Source: Candidatus Eiseniibacteriota bacterium (lineage in GTDB: Bacteria; Eisenbacteria; RBG-16-71-46; CAIMUX01; VGJL01). From it: a DNA stretch of 64,000 bases. The stretch lies in contig JBHGAY010000001.1 of assembly GCA_041946735.1 (NCBI GenBank), forward strand, positions 96,001-160,000, read 5' to 3'. The stretch's first letter is position 1. Each line of letters opens with the position of its first letter. The notes under the pieces are model-generated. The model did not search any database, was not told the origin of the DNA, and saw nothing but the letters and a program-made list of their open reading frames with translations. Of this stretch, positions 1 to 12,131 are shown one piece after another. The translations under genes and the position numbers were made by a program.

Positions 1-587
1 GTGGGAATCACCATCCCCTCGTTCCCCACCTGGCGCGGGCCGCAGGTGTTGAAGCACCGGATGATCGTGACCGGCACGCCGTGATCGAGGTACGCGCGCC
101 GCGCGAGCCTCTCGCCGAGCGCCTTTCCCGCGGCATACGACCAGCGGGCGACCCGCGGACTGCCGATCCGCGGAGGATCGTCCTCGTGCAGCGGCCCCTC
201 GGTCGTCGGCCCGTACACCTCGGATGAAGAGAACAGGACGAGCGAGCCGGGCTTCGTGCGGCGCGCCGCCGCGAGGATCGACGAGGTTCCGGCGACGTTG
301 TTCGCGAGACCGCCGATCGGGTCGGAGAGCACCCGGCGCACGCCGACGGTCGCGGCCAGGTGGAAGATCCGCTCGCACCCGCGCGCCGCCGCCTCGGCCG
401 TGGCCGGATCGGCCACCGTGTCGACGATCAGCTCCGCGCGGCCGGTCGCGAGCGCCGCTTCCACGTTCCGGCGGGATCCGGTCGAGAGGTCGTCCAGGAT
501 CCGGACGGTCTCCCCCTGGGAGAGAAGGGCATCGACCAGGTGGGACCCGATGAATCCCGCCCCTCCGGTCACCAGAACCTGGGCCAA
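1..587 (-). CDS. NAD-dependent epimerase/dehydratase (extended SDR), truncated by window start
   Basis: Read manually (absent from ORF track): TTG start after GGAAGGAG, MAQVLVTGGAGFIGSHLVDALL; later FHLAATVGV and YAAGK (YxxxK). Confidence 0.85.
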   Translation of the reverse strand, partial: MAQVLVTGGAGFIGSHLVDALLSQGETVRILDDLSTGSRRNVEAALATGRAELIVDTVADPATAEAAARGCERIFHLAATVGVRRVLSDPIGGLANNVAGTSSILAAARRTKPGSLVLFSSSEVYGPTTEGPLHEDDPPRIGSPRVARWSYAAGKALGERLARRAYLDHGVPVTIIRCFNTCGPRQVGNEGMVIP

Positions 588-615
588 GCTCTCTCCTTCC
601 GCTCGATCCCGCGCT

Positions 616-1704
616 TCAGCGCTTTCCGCCTTCGTCGAGAAAGACGTAGTTGCGCTTGTAGTACTCGAGGAACTCCCCGCTCTTCAGGGGCCGCCACCAC
701 TCCGGATGCTCCTCGTACCACTGCACCGTCTCGCGGAGCCCCTCCTCGAAGTCGCGGCGCGGCGCCCATCCGGTCCTCTCGCGCAGCTTCTCCCAGGCGA
801 CCGCGTAGCGCCGGTCGTGCCCGGGACGGTCGACGACGTGGCGGACGAGACCGGCCGGGCGCCCGAGACATTCCAGGATCCGCGAAGCGATCGTCAACAC
901 GTCGCGCTCGTTGTACGCCCCGATGTTGAACAACTCCCCCTCGCATCCCGGAGTCGCGAGAATCGAGTCGAGCGCCAGCACGTGGTCCTCGACGTGGATC
1001 CAGTCGCGCACGTTCTTGCCGGTCCCGTAGACCGGCAGCGGCTGCTCCTCGATCGCGTTGGTCACGAACAGCGGAATCAGCTTCTCCGGGTACTGGTACG
1101 GCCCGTAGTTGTTGCTGCACCGGGTGATCACGACCGGCAGGCCGTAGGTGGCGTGATAGGAGTAGGCGAGGCGATCCCCCCCCGCCTTGCTCGCCGCGTA
1201 GGGATTGCGGGGAAGAAGCGGCGCCGACTCGTTCACCGGGTCGCCGAAGACCTCCCCGTACACCTCGTCCGTCGAGATCTGGATGAAGAGGGTCACCGGA
1301 TGGCGGCGCACCGCCTCCAGAAGGACGTAGACGCCGTAGACGTCGGTGCGGACGAAGCTCCCCGGATCGCCGATCGAGCGGTCCACGTGCGTCTCGGCCG
1401 CGAAGTTGACGATGAAGTCGAACCCCTCGGCGATCAGCGGCTCGACCACCGAGGCTTCGGCGATGTCGCCGCGCACGAAGCGGAAGTTCTCGCTCCCCTC
1501 GAACTCGGCCAGGTTCGCCGGATTCCCGGCGTAGGTGAGCTTGTCGAGGACGGTGATGCGGCAGCCCGGATGGTTCCGGCGCAGCATCCGGACGAAGTTC
1601 GTCCCGATGAACCCGGCGCCGCCGGTCACGAGGAAGCGCCCGCCCTCGAGCTTCTCCTTCCTCTCCTCCCGCGCGGCGCGCGCGGCGCGCCCCGTCGACT
1701 CCAT
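616..1704 (-). CDS. rfbB: dTDP-glucose 4,6-dehydratase
   Basis: GGAGFIG, DKLTYAGN, FAAETHVDRSI, STDEVYG, YAASK, NNYGPYQYPEKLIP, RPGHDRRY; start moved to MESTG. Confidence 0.93.
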   Translation of the reverse strand: MESTGRAARAAREERKEKLEGGRFLVTGGAGFIGTNFVRMLRRNHPGCRITVLDKLTYAGNPANLAEFEGSENFRFVRGDIAEASVVEPLIAEGFDFIVNFAAETHVDRSIGDPGSFVRTDVYGVYVLLEAVRRHPVTLFIQISTDEVYGEVFGDPVNESAPLLPRNPYAASKAGGDRLAYSYHATYGLPVVITRCSNNYGPYQYPEKLIPLFVTNAIEEQPLPVYGTGKNVRDWIHVEDHVLALDSILATPGCEGELFNIGAYNERDVLTIASRILECLGRPAGLVRHVVDRPGHDRRYAVAWEKLRERTGWAPRRDFEEGLRETVQWYEEHPEWWRPLKSGEFLEYYKRNYVFLDEGGKR

Positions 1705-1708
1705 CCCG

Positions 1709-2164
1709 CTAGCCGTCCTTGCGCTCCCAGGAGTACGGAACCTCGTTGTCATGCGGGGCGACGCGGTACTCGTCTGGGCCGTCGTACTTGTACATCTCGC
1801 TGGGAACGTTCAGGAGCAGGGCCGGCTCGACGCCGATCCCCTTCATCCCGTGCAGGACGCCGTTGGGGATGCGGAGCAGCATCTGGTTCTTCTCGCCCAT
1901 GAAGAACTCGTTCACCTCTCCGTGCGTGGGAGAACCCTCGCGGCCGTCGTAGAGCACGACCTTCGCCATCCCCTTGACGACGCAGAAGTGGTCGACCTGC
2001 ACCTTGTGGTAGTGCCATCCCTTGACGACGCCGGGATAGACGGCGGTCAGATACGCCTGCCCGAACTTCTCGAAGAACGGATCGTCGGCCCGGAAGATCT
2101 CCATCAGCCATCCCCGCTCGTCGGCGAGGACTTTCAGCGGCTTGACGACCGCTCCGGAGATCAT
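1709..2164 (-). CDS. rfbC: dTDP-4-dehydrorhamnose 3,5-epimerase family cupin
   Basis: DERG, PGVVKGWHYH, DGREGSPT, IPNGVLHG; adjacent to rfbB. Confidence 0.8.
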   Translation of the reverse strand: MISGAVVKPLKVLADERGWLMEIFRADDPFFEKFGQAYLTAVYPGVVKGWHYHKVQVDHFCVVKGMAKVVLYDGREGSPTHGEVNEFFMGEKNQMLLRIPNGVLHGMKGIGVEPALLLNVPSEMYKYDGPDEYRVAPHDNEVPYSWERKDG

Positions 2165-3549
2165 CGCGCCCTCGCGACGGTCGAGCGGCGGGCGGCCACC
2201 TTCCCCCGCGGGGCCGACGGCGTCGCGACCGGCGCGGCGCCATCACCGCGGCCGACGCAGGCATACCGGAAGCCGAGGCTCGCCATCATCTTCGGGTCGT
2301 AGATGTTGCGGCAGTCGACGACGACCGGCTCGCGCATGATCCGGCGGATCTTCGCGAGATCGAGCATGCGGAACTCGTTCCACTCCGTCGCGATCACCAG
2401 GACGTCCGCCCCTTTCGCCACCTCGTAGGCGTTGTCGCAGAAGGTGGCGCCGTTGCCCAGCTCGCGCGCCGCCGTCTCCATCGCGACCGGATCGAAGGCG
2501 CGGATCTGCGCGCCGCGGCGCTTCAGCCCCCGTATCAGGTCGATCGCGACCGACTCGCGCACGTCGTCGGTCTGCGGCTTGAACGCGAGCCCCAGGATCC
2601 CGATCTCCTTGCCGCGCAGATTGCCGGTCATCGCCAGGATCTTCTCGAGCATCCGCTCCCGCTGCCGCTTGTTCACGTCGATCGTCGCCTCGACGATCTT
2701 GCACGGGCTCCCGGCGGCGCGCGACAGCGCGGCGAGAGCGAGCGTGTCCTTCGGGAAGCAGGAGCCGCCATAGCCGGCGCCGGCATGGAGGAACTTCGGG
2801 CCGATCCTCTTGTCGAGCCCCATCCCGCGCGCCACGACCTTGACGTCGCCGCCGACCGCCTCGCAGAGGTTCGCCATTTCGTTCACGAAGGAGATCTTCG
2901 CGGCGAGGAACGCGTTCGACGCGTACTTGATCAGCTCCGCGGTCGGCACGTTCGTCTTCACCATCGGCGTCTCGTTCAAGTAGAGCGGGCGGTAGATCTC
3001 GGCGAGCAGGTCCTCGGCCTTCTTCGACCAGGTCCCGATCACGACGCGGTCGGGGCGCATGAAGTCCTCGACGGCCGATCCCTCGCGGAGAAACTCGGGG
3101 TTCGACGCCACGTCGAAGGCGACCTTCTTCACCCGGTTCTCCTGGATGATCCGCCAGACCTTCTCCCCCGTTCCGACCGGAACGGTGCTCTTCTGCACGA
3201 TCAGCTTGTAGCCGTTCAGGTTCTGCGCGATCGTCTTGGCCGCCGCCCAGACCTGCGAGAGATCCGCCTCTCCGGTCTCCGACTGCGGGGTCCCGACCGC
3301 GATGAAGACGACGCGGTTATCGCGGATCGCCCGGGGCAGATCGCTCGTGAAGGAGAGGCGGCCTTCGCGAACGTTGCGCCGGACCACCTCCTCCAGGGCG
3401 AACTCGTAGAACGGCATCTTGCCCGCGCGCAGCAGCTCGATCTTCGCCTCGTCGGTGTCGACGCAGGTGACGCTGTTGCCGAAGTCCGCGAGACAGGTGC
3501 CCGTCACCAGCCCGACGTAGCCGGTGCCGATCATGCAGATCTTTTGCAT
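2161..3549 (-). CDS. ugd: UDP-glucose/GDP-mannose 6-dehydrogenase
   Basis: GTGYVGL, KSTVPVGT, SNPEFLREG, GYGGSCFPKD, GLAFKPQTDD. Confidence 0.92.
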   Translation of the reverse strand: MQKICMIGTGYVGLVTGTCLADFGNSVTCVDTDEAKIELLRAGKMPFYEFALEEVVRRNVREGRLSFTSDLPRAIRDNRVVFIAVGTPQSETGEADLSQVWAAAKTIAQNLNGYKLIVQKSTVPVGTGEKVWRIIQENRVKKVAFDVASNPEFLREGSAVEDFMRPDRVVIGTWSKKAEDLLAEIYRPLYLNETPMVKTNVPTAELIKYASNAFLAAKISFVNEMANLCEAVGGDVKVVARGMGLDKRIGPKFLHAGAGYGGSCFPKDTLALAALSRAAGSPCKIVEATIDVNKRQRERMLEKILAMTGNLRGKEIGILGLAFKPQTDDVRESVAIDLIRGLKRRGAQIRAFDPVAMETAARELGNGATFCDNAYEVAKGADVLVIATEWNEFRMLDLAKIRRIMREPVVVDCRNIYDPKMMASLGFRYACVGRGDGAAPVATPSAPRGKVAARRSTVARAR

Positions 3550-3614
3550 CCATCCTCCCTGGTCCGGGGTCGGAACCTACGAAAGAAGGAGACTACCGTT
3601 CCGGAGCGGGGCCG

Positions 3615-4340
3615 TCAAACCTTGCGGCGCCGTTGCCCTTCCGCGATCTCCTCGAGGATTTCCCGCACCGCGCTCGCGGGATCCGCCGCCCGCGTCACGG
3701 GACGCCCGACGACGATCCAGTCGGCGCCCGAGGCGATCGCTCCTGCGGGCGTCGCCACCTGCGCCTGATCGTTGCGATCCGATCCGGCGGGACGGATCCC
3801 GGGACAGACGAGCGCGAGCCGGTCTCCGAAGCGCGCCCGCAGCCGCGGGGCCGCCGGGGCCGGACAAACGACCCCGAAGAGGCCCGCCTCCGCCGCGCGC
3901 TCCGCCGCCGCCTCGACGTCGGCGAAGTCGCTCCCGCCCTCGACGAGGCTCGTGAGCCTCGTGACGGCGAGCAGGCCGAGCGGTCCCCGCGCCGCCGCCG
4001 CCTCGCGGGCCGCGTCGCGCGCCGCCTCCATCGCCGCCGGCCCGGCCGCGGCATGCAGATTCATGAGCCCGACCGGAAGGCGCGCGGCCGAGCGCACCGC
4101 TCCGGCGACCGTGTTCGGGATGTCGTGGAACTTCAGGTCGAGGAAGATCCGCCTGCCGGTCGCGGCGACCCGCTGGACGATCGAAGGACCTTCGGCGACG
4201 TACAGCTCGAGGCCGATCTTGACCCAGACGCCCTCGGGTCCCAGGCGCGCCGCCATCGCGACCGCCTCCCCGGCGCTCGGAAAGTCGAGCGCGACGATCA
4301 GCCTCTCCTCGGGACGGCTCGGAAGCAGCGCGCTACTCAT
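3615..4340 (-). CDS. pyrF: orotidine-5'-phosphate decarboxylase
   Basis: LIVALD, FLDLKFHDIPNTV, CPGIR, IVVGRPV; start MSSALL overlaps pyrD stop. Confidence 0.95.
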   Translation of the reverse strand: MSSALLPSRPEERLIVALDFPSAGEAVAMAARLGPEGVWVKIGLELYVAEGPSIVQRVAATGRRIFLDLKFHDIPNTVAGAVRSAARLPVGLMNLHAAAGPAAMEAARDAAREAAAARGPLGLLAVTRLTSLVEGGSDFADVEAAAERAAEAGLFGVVCPAPAAPRLRARFGDRLALVCPGIRPAGSDRNDQAQVATPAGAIASGADWIVVGRPVTRAADPASAVREILEEIAEGQRRRKV

Positions 4341-5287
4341 CGATCCCCCTCCTGCAACGTTCCGATCCACGCTTCGACTCCCGCGATTCCCTCGGCCGCG
4401 AGGAAGCGACGGATCTCCTCCGCGGCGACGCTCCCCTGGTCCGGCCGCAGGAAGTGCGCCGTCCCGATCTGGACGGCGCGTGCCCCGACCAGCAGGAACT
4501 CGAGCGCGTCCCGGCCCGTCACGATCCCGCCGACCGCGACGATCGGGATCGACACCGATCGCACCACCTCGCGCACTCGCGCGAGCGCGAGCGGCCGGAT
4601 CGCGGGGCCCGAGAGCCCGCCGGTCACGCCGGGGAGGACCGGCCGCCGCGTGCGGAGATCGACCGCCATCCCGACGAAGGTGTTGATCGCGGTCAGGGCG
4701 TCCGCCCCCGACTCGGCGCAGGCGCGCGCCAGCGTGCCGATCGAGGTGACGTTCGGCGACAGCTTCGCCCAGAGCGGGCGAGAGGTGCGCTTGCGCGCGC
4801 GCGCGATCACCGCGGCCGCCGCGCTCGGAACCTGGCAGAACTCGATCCCTCCCTCTTTCACATTCGGGCAGGAAACGTTCAGCTCGTAGGCGTCGATCCC
4901 CTCCGCCTCGTCGAGGCGGGCGACGACCGCGTCGAAGTCCTCCTCGCTGCGCCCGCCGACGGAAACGACGAGCGGCACCCCCAGCGCGCGCAGGCCGGGG
5001 AGCTTCTCGGCGAGGAACCGCTCGACGCCGACGTTCTGCAGGCCGATCGAGTTCAGCATCCCCGACGGGGTCTCGACGATCCGCGGCGGAGCGTTTCCGG
5101 CGCGCGGCTCGCGCGTAATCGTCTTCGTCACGATCCCGCCGAGGCGCGCCGCCGCCTCCGGGTTCTCCGTGCCGTAGCCGAAGGTCCCCGAGGCGCAGAG
5201 GATCGGGTTGGGCAGGCGCAGGCGGCCCACGCGGACCGCGAGGTCCGGCCCGAGCGGATCGCCGGCTGGCGGCCGCGCCGCGCTCAT
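4337..5287 (-). CDS. pyrD: dihydroorotate dehydrogenase (class 1B) catalytic subunit
   Basis: ASGTFGYG, NSIGLQN, ELNVSCPN, KLSPNVT, GGLSGPAIRP. Confidence 0.95.
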   Translation of the reverse strand: MSAARPPAGDPLGPDLAVRVGRLRLPNPILCASGTFGYGTENPEAAARLGGIVTKTITREPRAGNAPPRIVETPSGMLNSIGLQNVGVERFLAEKLPGLRALGVPLVVSVGGRSEEDFDAVVARLDEAEGIDAYELNVSCPNVKEGGIEFCQVPSAAAAVIARARKRTSRPLWAKLSPNVTSIGTLARACAESGADALTAINTFVGMAVDLRTRRPVLPGVTGGLSGPAIRPLALARVREVVRSVSIPIVAVGGIVTGRDALEFLLVGARAVQIGTAHFLRPDQGSVAAEEIRRFLAAEGIAGVEAWIGTLQEGDR

Positions 5288-6165
5288 TCCCGCAGCCCCT
5301 CCCAGTCGACCCGCGCGCCATCGAAGACCGGCCCGTCGGTGCACGCGAACGCGTAGCGATCGAAGGCCGTCGGCGCCGCCGCGCCGCTCGCCGGAGCCGC
5401 GGCGGGCTTCAGTGGCACCGCGCAGCCGGCGCAGATCCCGGTCCCGCATCCGAAGACCGTCTCGAGCGAGAGCTGCGAGGGGATTCCGGCGCGCTCCGCC
5501 CACTCGCCCAGCGCCCGCAGCATCGCCATCGGGCCGCAGGCGTAGAGGGTCGCGGCATCGCCGCGCACCGCTCCGCTCGCCACCATCTGCGTCAGCAGGC
5601 TCACGACCGTCCCTGCATGGCCCGCCGAGCCGTCGATCGTCGCGAGGTGGACCGGGTACGGCGAGCTTTCGGTCGGAAGGAGGGAAGCGGCGTCCCGCGC
5701 TCCGTAGAGCAAAACGCCGCCGGGCATCCGCTCCGCGATCTCGTCGGCGAGGAGCAGCATCGGCGCCACTCCCCGGCCCCCGCCGATCAGGATCGGCGCA
5801 CGGCCCGGGACCGGCTGGAATCCGCGGCCCAGCGGGCCGAGCAGGTCGACGCTGTCCCCTTCCCGGCGCCCATCGAGCCACCGGCTCCCCTCGCCCACGA
5901 CGGAGAAGAGGATTCCGATCTCGTTCCGGGAGGGACTCCAGCTGCAGAGGCTGAACGGACGCGGAAGCCGGAACGCCGATCCCTCGCCGCAGGCGATCTC
6001 GACGAACTGCCCCGCGTGCGGCGGCGGGAACGATTGCGGCATTGCCAAGTCGATCCAGGTCCCCGCCTCGCCGATCCTCCGGATGCGGGAGACGCGAGCG
6101 CGGACGAGACGGGACGGCCGGTCGCTCCGGCGATCGGTCGCGCCTCCGCCCGAACGCCCACTCAT
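5284..6165 (-). CDS. pyrK: dihydroorotate dehydrogenase electron-transfer subunit
   Basis: RPFS, GPLGRGF, GGGRGVAP, YACGP, CGTGICAGC...CTDGPVF (2Fe-2S). Confidence 0.92.
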   Translation of the reverse strand: MSGRSGGGATDRRSDRPSRLVRARVSRIRRIGEAGTWIDLAMPQSFPPPHAGQFVEIACGEGSAFRLPRPFSLCSWSPSRNEIGILFSVVGEGSRWLDGRREGDSVDLLGPLGRGFQPVPGRAPILIGGGRGVAPMLLLADEIAERMPGGVLLYGARDAASLLPTESSPYPVHLATIDGSAGHAGTVVSLLTQMVASGAVRGDAATLYACGPMAMLRALGEWAERAGIPSQLSLETVFGCGTGICAGCAVPLKPAAAPASGAAAPTAFDRYAFACTDGPVFDGARVDWEGLRE

Positions 6166-8063
6166 GGCTGCTTCGGTCCTCGATCCGCGGGAGCCGGCGG
6201 CACGGGAGGCGGCGCGCCGTCCGGCACGATCCGTTCCGCCGGCTCGGCCGGATCGGCGGGAGGCCCCACGACCTCTTCCGGACCGGGCACAGGCGGCTCG
6301 GGCCCCGGCGGCGCGACCCCTTCGCCCTGCACCCCGCGGCGCGGGCGCGGCGCGTGATGCACGCTGTCGGCCGGCATCGAGTCGGGAAGGGAGAGGCCGC
6401 CGAGCGAATCCGGGGCGGGGACGGCGCGCAGCGAATCGCGGCGCGAGACGGCGCGGATCGAGTCGCGAGGAAAGAGCGTGCGGAGCGAGTCCCGGGGGGC
6501 CAGGCTGTCGATCGCGGTCGCGACGACCGCCCCGCTGTCGCCGAGGGCCGCCATGCTGTCGGGCATCGCGGCGGCCAGGCTCTCGGCCATCGCGGCGCTG
6601 TCGGGAACGATCTCCTGCAGCAGCGAGAAGAGGCCGCTCGTGTCGGCCCCCTGTCCGGCGAGCAGCTCGATCGCCCCGCGCGCCTGCGTCGACGCGGGGT
6701 ACCGCGCCACCAGATCCCGAAACTCCTGCTGCGCTCCGAGGCTGTCGGCCTGCTTCTTCCACTTGATGTAGGCCAAAGCGTAGGCGGCGCGCGGAGCGGC
6801 GCGCGTGTCGGGGAACTCCTGCTCCACCTTCTGATACTGAGCGACGGCGTCGTCGACCATGTTGCGGTCCAAGAGCAGGATCTCCGCGACCCGGAGCGCC
6901 GCCTCCGCGCGGGCCTCCTCGGCGGCGTCCCCCTCGGTCGCGCGCTGCTGCATCTCGATCAGCGACTTCAAGGACGTGGAGCGCTGCGCCGCCTGCTCCT
7001 TGAAGATCGATTGGCCGATCATGAGGCTCGCCGCGTCGTACTCGCGGCGCGCGGCCTCGAGCGAGTCGAGCTGCGCCTCGTAGGTGTAGCCGATCTGGAA
7101 CTGGGCCTCGACCGCGAGATTGCTCGCCGGGTAGCGGGTCGTGACGCCGCGCAGCGTCTCGAGCGCGTCGAGCGGCCGGTCGAGCGAGTTCAGCGCCGCC
7201 GCCCGCTGCAGGCGCACGCGGACGATCTGATCGACGATGTCGCCGGTGTTCGTGATCGCGCCGGAGCGCGACTCGCTCGGATCGTCAGGCTCCACCTGGT
7301 CGAGGAGCGCGAGCGCCTCGGCGGCCTTGCCGAGACGGGTCAAGGTCTCGGCCTGGCGCACCGCCGCCTCGATCCGGGTGTCCTCGTCGCGGGTGCGGCG
7401 GAGCAGCCGGTCGAAGAAGATCGACGCGGAGTCGAAGCGGCCCGCCTCGAAGTAGATCTCGCCGATCCGATCGAGCGCATCCTCCGCCCGGGCGCTCTTC
7501 GGATACTCCCGGACCAGCTCCTCGTAGCCGCGGATCGCCTCCTCGCGCTTGCGCTGGCTCGCAGCCGACTCGGCGAGCGTGAAGAGGATCTCGTCGCGCT
7601 TCTCGAACTTCGGATAGTCCGCGATCACCTTCTCGAAGAGCTGCTTCGCCTCATCGTGCTCCCGCTTCTTGTTCTTCGCCATCGCGGTCAGGAACAGGGC
7701 GTCGTCGCGGAACTCGCTCTTGGGGAACATCTCGGGTATCTGCGCGAGACGCACGAGCGCGCTGTCGTAGTCCCCCTTGCCGTAATAGGAGGCGCCCATC
7801 AGGTAGAGCGCGTCGTCCGCCCACTTGCTCTTGTGATGGCTCGCGAGGACCTTGCGGCACTGCTGGAGCGTCAGGTCGTAGTTGCGCTCCGCATCGGAGG
7901 GAAGCTTGTCGGTCTTGCTCTCGGCGACCGACCGCTCGGCGGCGTGGAAGCTCTTCTTCGCCAGGAAGAAGGTGTTGTAGTAGACGCACGAGGCTGCGAG
8001 CGGGAGCAGGAGCCACAGAAGCCCCGCCCGCGGATCGACCCGGCGCCACCACCGGCTCCTCAT
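6162..8063 (-). CDS. TPR-repeat lipoprotein (BamD/YfiO-like repeats) with low-complexity DS- and Pro-rich tail
   Basis: Signal with lipobox LAASC then VYYNTFF; many (Y/F)P.S...(D/E)A TPR units; alternative start 8120. Confidence 0.75.
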   Translation of the reverse strand: MRSRWWRRVDPRAGLLWLLLPLAASCVYYNTFFLAKKSFHAAERSVAESKTDKLPSDAERNYDLTLQQCRKVLASHHKSKWADDALYLMGASYYGKGDYDSALVRLAQIPEMFPKSEFRDDALFLTAMAKNKKREHDEAKQLFEKVIADYPKFEKRDEILFTLAESAASQRKREEAIRGYEELVREYPKSARAEDALDRIGEIYFEAGRFDSASIFFDRLLRRTRDEDTRIEAAVRQAETLTRLGKAAEALALLDQVEPDDPSESRSGAITNTGDIVDQIVRVRLQRAAALNSLDRPLDALETLRGVTTRYPASNLAVEAQFQIGYTYEAQLDSLEAARREYDAASLMIGQSIFKEQAAQRSTSLKSLIEMQQRATEGDAAEEARAEAALRVAEILLLDRNMVDDAVAQYQKVEQEFPDTRAAPRAAYALAYIKWKKQADSLGAQQEFRDLVARYPASTQARGAIELLAGQGADTSGLFSLLQEIVPDSAAMAESLAAAMPDSMAALGDSGAVVATAIDSLAPRDSLRTLFPRDSIRAVSRRDSLRAVPAPDSLGGLSLPDSMPADSVHHAPRPRRGVQGEGVAPPGPEPPVPGPEEVVGPPADPAEPAERIVPDGAPPPVPPAPADRGPKQP

Positions 8064-8176
8064 CCCCGGAGCCCCTCCTCGCGGAGCCGCCGGCGGCCCG
8101 TCCCGGCCTTCCTCCTCCACCGTCTCATCCGCGCCCGTTCCTCCTCCCCGCTACCATCCTCGCACGATCCTCCCCG

Positions 8177-9483
8177 TCATCCTCGCAACTCCTCGGCGGC
8201 CCACGTGGTCCGTCCCTCGGCCGAGGTCCAGAGCACGCGCGCCGGCAGCGTCTCCCCCTCGAACGGGGTGTTGCGCGAGAGCGAGGCGAACTCCGAGGCG
8301 CGGACCGTCCAGCTCGCGCCCGGATCGATCACGGTGAAGTCGGCCGGCCGCCCGGCGAGCAGGCGCCCGCCTCCCCAACCGAGGAGCGAGGCCGCCCGCG
8401 CCGACATCGCGAGGAAGAGATCGGTCCAGGACAGGACGCCCGGCTCGATCAGCTCCCGCACGCAGACCGACAGCGAGGTCTCGAGCCCGATCACGCCGAA
8501 CGGCGCCTGGTCGATCTCGACCTCCTTTGCTTCCACCGGATGCGGAGCGTGGTCCGTCGCTATCAGGTCGATCGTACCGTCGCGGAGGCCCGCATGAAGC
8601 GCCTTCCGATCCTCCTCGGTGCGCAGGGGAGGATTCATCTTGTATCGGGAGTCGTAGGAGCGAAGCGCCTCGTCGGTCAGGGCGAGATAGTGCGGAGCGG
8701 TCTCGGCGCTGACCGGGATGCCGGACGCCTTCGCCCGGCGGATCAGATCGACGCCCCCCGCCGTGCTGACGTGCGCGACGTGGAGGCGGCAGCCGGTGAG
8801 CCGGCAGAGATCGATGTCGCGGGCGATCGCGATCGTCTCGCTCTCGGCCGGGATCCCCCGCAGTCCCAGGACGGTCGACCAGTACCCCTCGTGCATCACC
8901 CCCGAGCCGCGCAGCGTGCGGTCCTCCGCGTGGGAGATCAGGAGCATCCCCGCCGCCTTCGCGTACTCCATCCCGCGGCGCATCACCTCGGACGATTCGA
9001 CAGGGCGGCCGTCGTCGGTCACGGCGAGCGCTCCCGCCTCCCTCATCTCGAACATCTCGGTGATTTCCTGCCCCGCGGAGCCCTTCGTGATCGCTCCCGC
9101 CGGCAGGACGACCGTGCCGTTCGCCTCGCGCCCGCGCTGGACGACCAGCTCGACGACGCTGCGCTGGTCGACGATCGGGCTCGTGTTCGGCATGGTGAGG
9201 ACGTGGGTGAATCCTCCTCGGGCGGCGGCCTCGGCGCCGGTGCGGATCGTCTCGGCATCCTCGTAGCCCGGCTCGCGAAAGTGGACGTGCACGTCTTGAA
9301 GGCCGGGGGCGAGGATCCAGGGGGTGGCGTCGATCTCCCGGGCATCCACCCCACCCGGTAGGGTCGGTTCCATCCCTTCGAGCAGCCCGTCGCGCACGAG
9401 GACGTCGCGCTTGCCGTCGACCCCGGATTCCGGATCGACGACCCGGATCCCGCGCAGGAGCACCCGTCCCAGGTTCGCCTCGC

Positions 9484-9487
<4 letters not shown>
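8177..9487 (-). CDS. pyrC: dihydroorotase
   Basis: [36 protein letters not shown]. Confidence 0.95.
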
Positions 9488-11330
<1,843 letters not shown>

Positions 11331-11392
11331 CTAGCATGTTCCGTTCCCCTCTCCCAAGCGGGAAAAGAAAACAGGAAGGAGAGCCTTGAGCG

Positions 11393-12115
11393 ATGACCGA
11401 TTCGATCGAGAACGTGGCCTCGCGGAGGCGCGATCGCCTCTCCGCAGCGATTCGCGGGCAGCTCCCGCCCTCGCTTCTCTTGCTGATGGCCGGAGCCCTC
11501 GCCGCCGCTCTCGGTGGCGCGAGCGGCCCGGCGCGCGCCGAGGACCCCGTCCTCTCCGCGCGGACGCCGGAGAAGGCGGCCACCGCCGAGGCGAGCGCGA
11601 CCGAGGGTCTCCTCGAGCCCGGCACCGCCGCTCCGGACTTCACCCTCCCCGACGCCTCGGGCAAGCCGGTCCGCCTCGCCGATCTGCTCGAGCAGCCGCT
11701 GCTGCTCTACTTCTATCCGAAGGACAATTCGCCCGGATGCACGAAGGAAGCCTGCGCGTTCCGCGATGACTACGGCGCCTTCGAGAAGGCCGGCGTGCGG
11801 GTCGCCGGCGTCTCGACCGACAGCCCCTCCTCGCACGTCGCGTTCGCGGCGAAGTACAACCTGCCGTTCACGCTCCTCTCCGACGAGTCGGGGGATGTGT
11901 CGCGCGCCTACGGCGTCGCCTTCGAGATGAAGCGGGGCGACGTCCCGGCGGCCGTCATCGCGAAGCGGACGACCTACCTGATCGGGACGGACGGCAAGAT
12001 CCTCCACGTGTGGCCCAAGGTCGAGCCGGCCGGCCACAGCGCCGAGATCCTGAGCGAGCTGCCCTCGATCCTGAAGCCGGCGGGCGCGGCGCCGGCGGAC
12101 GAAGGGAAGAAGTAG
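11393..12115 (+). CDS. bcp: peroxiredoxin Q / BCP with N-terminal signal-like extension
   Basis: APDFTLPD, YFYPKDNSPGCTKEACAFRD, KRTTYLIG. Confidence 0.85.
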   Translation: MTDSIENVASRRRDRLSAAIRGQLPPSLLLLMAGALAAALGGASGPARAEDPVLSARTPEKAATAEASATEGLLEPGTAAPDFTLPDASGKPVRLADLLEQPLLLYFYPKDNSPGCTKEACAFRDDYGAFEKAGVRVAGVSTDSPSSHVAFAAKYNLPFTLLSDESGDVSRAYGVAFEMKRGDVPAAVIAKRTTYLIGTDGKILHVWPKVEPAGHSAEILSELPSILKPAGAAPADEGKK

Positions 12116-12131
12116 CGGGCGGCGCGGCGGA

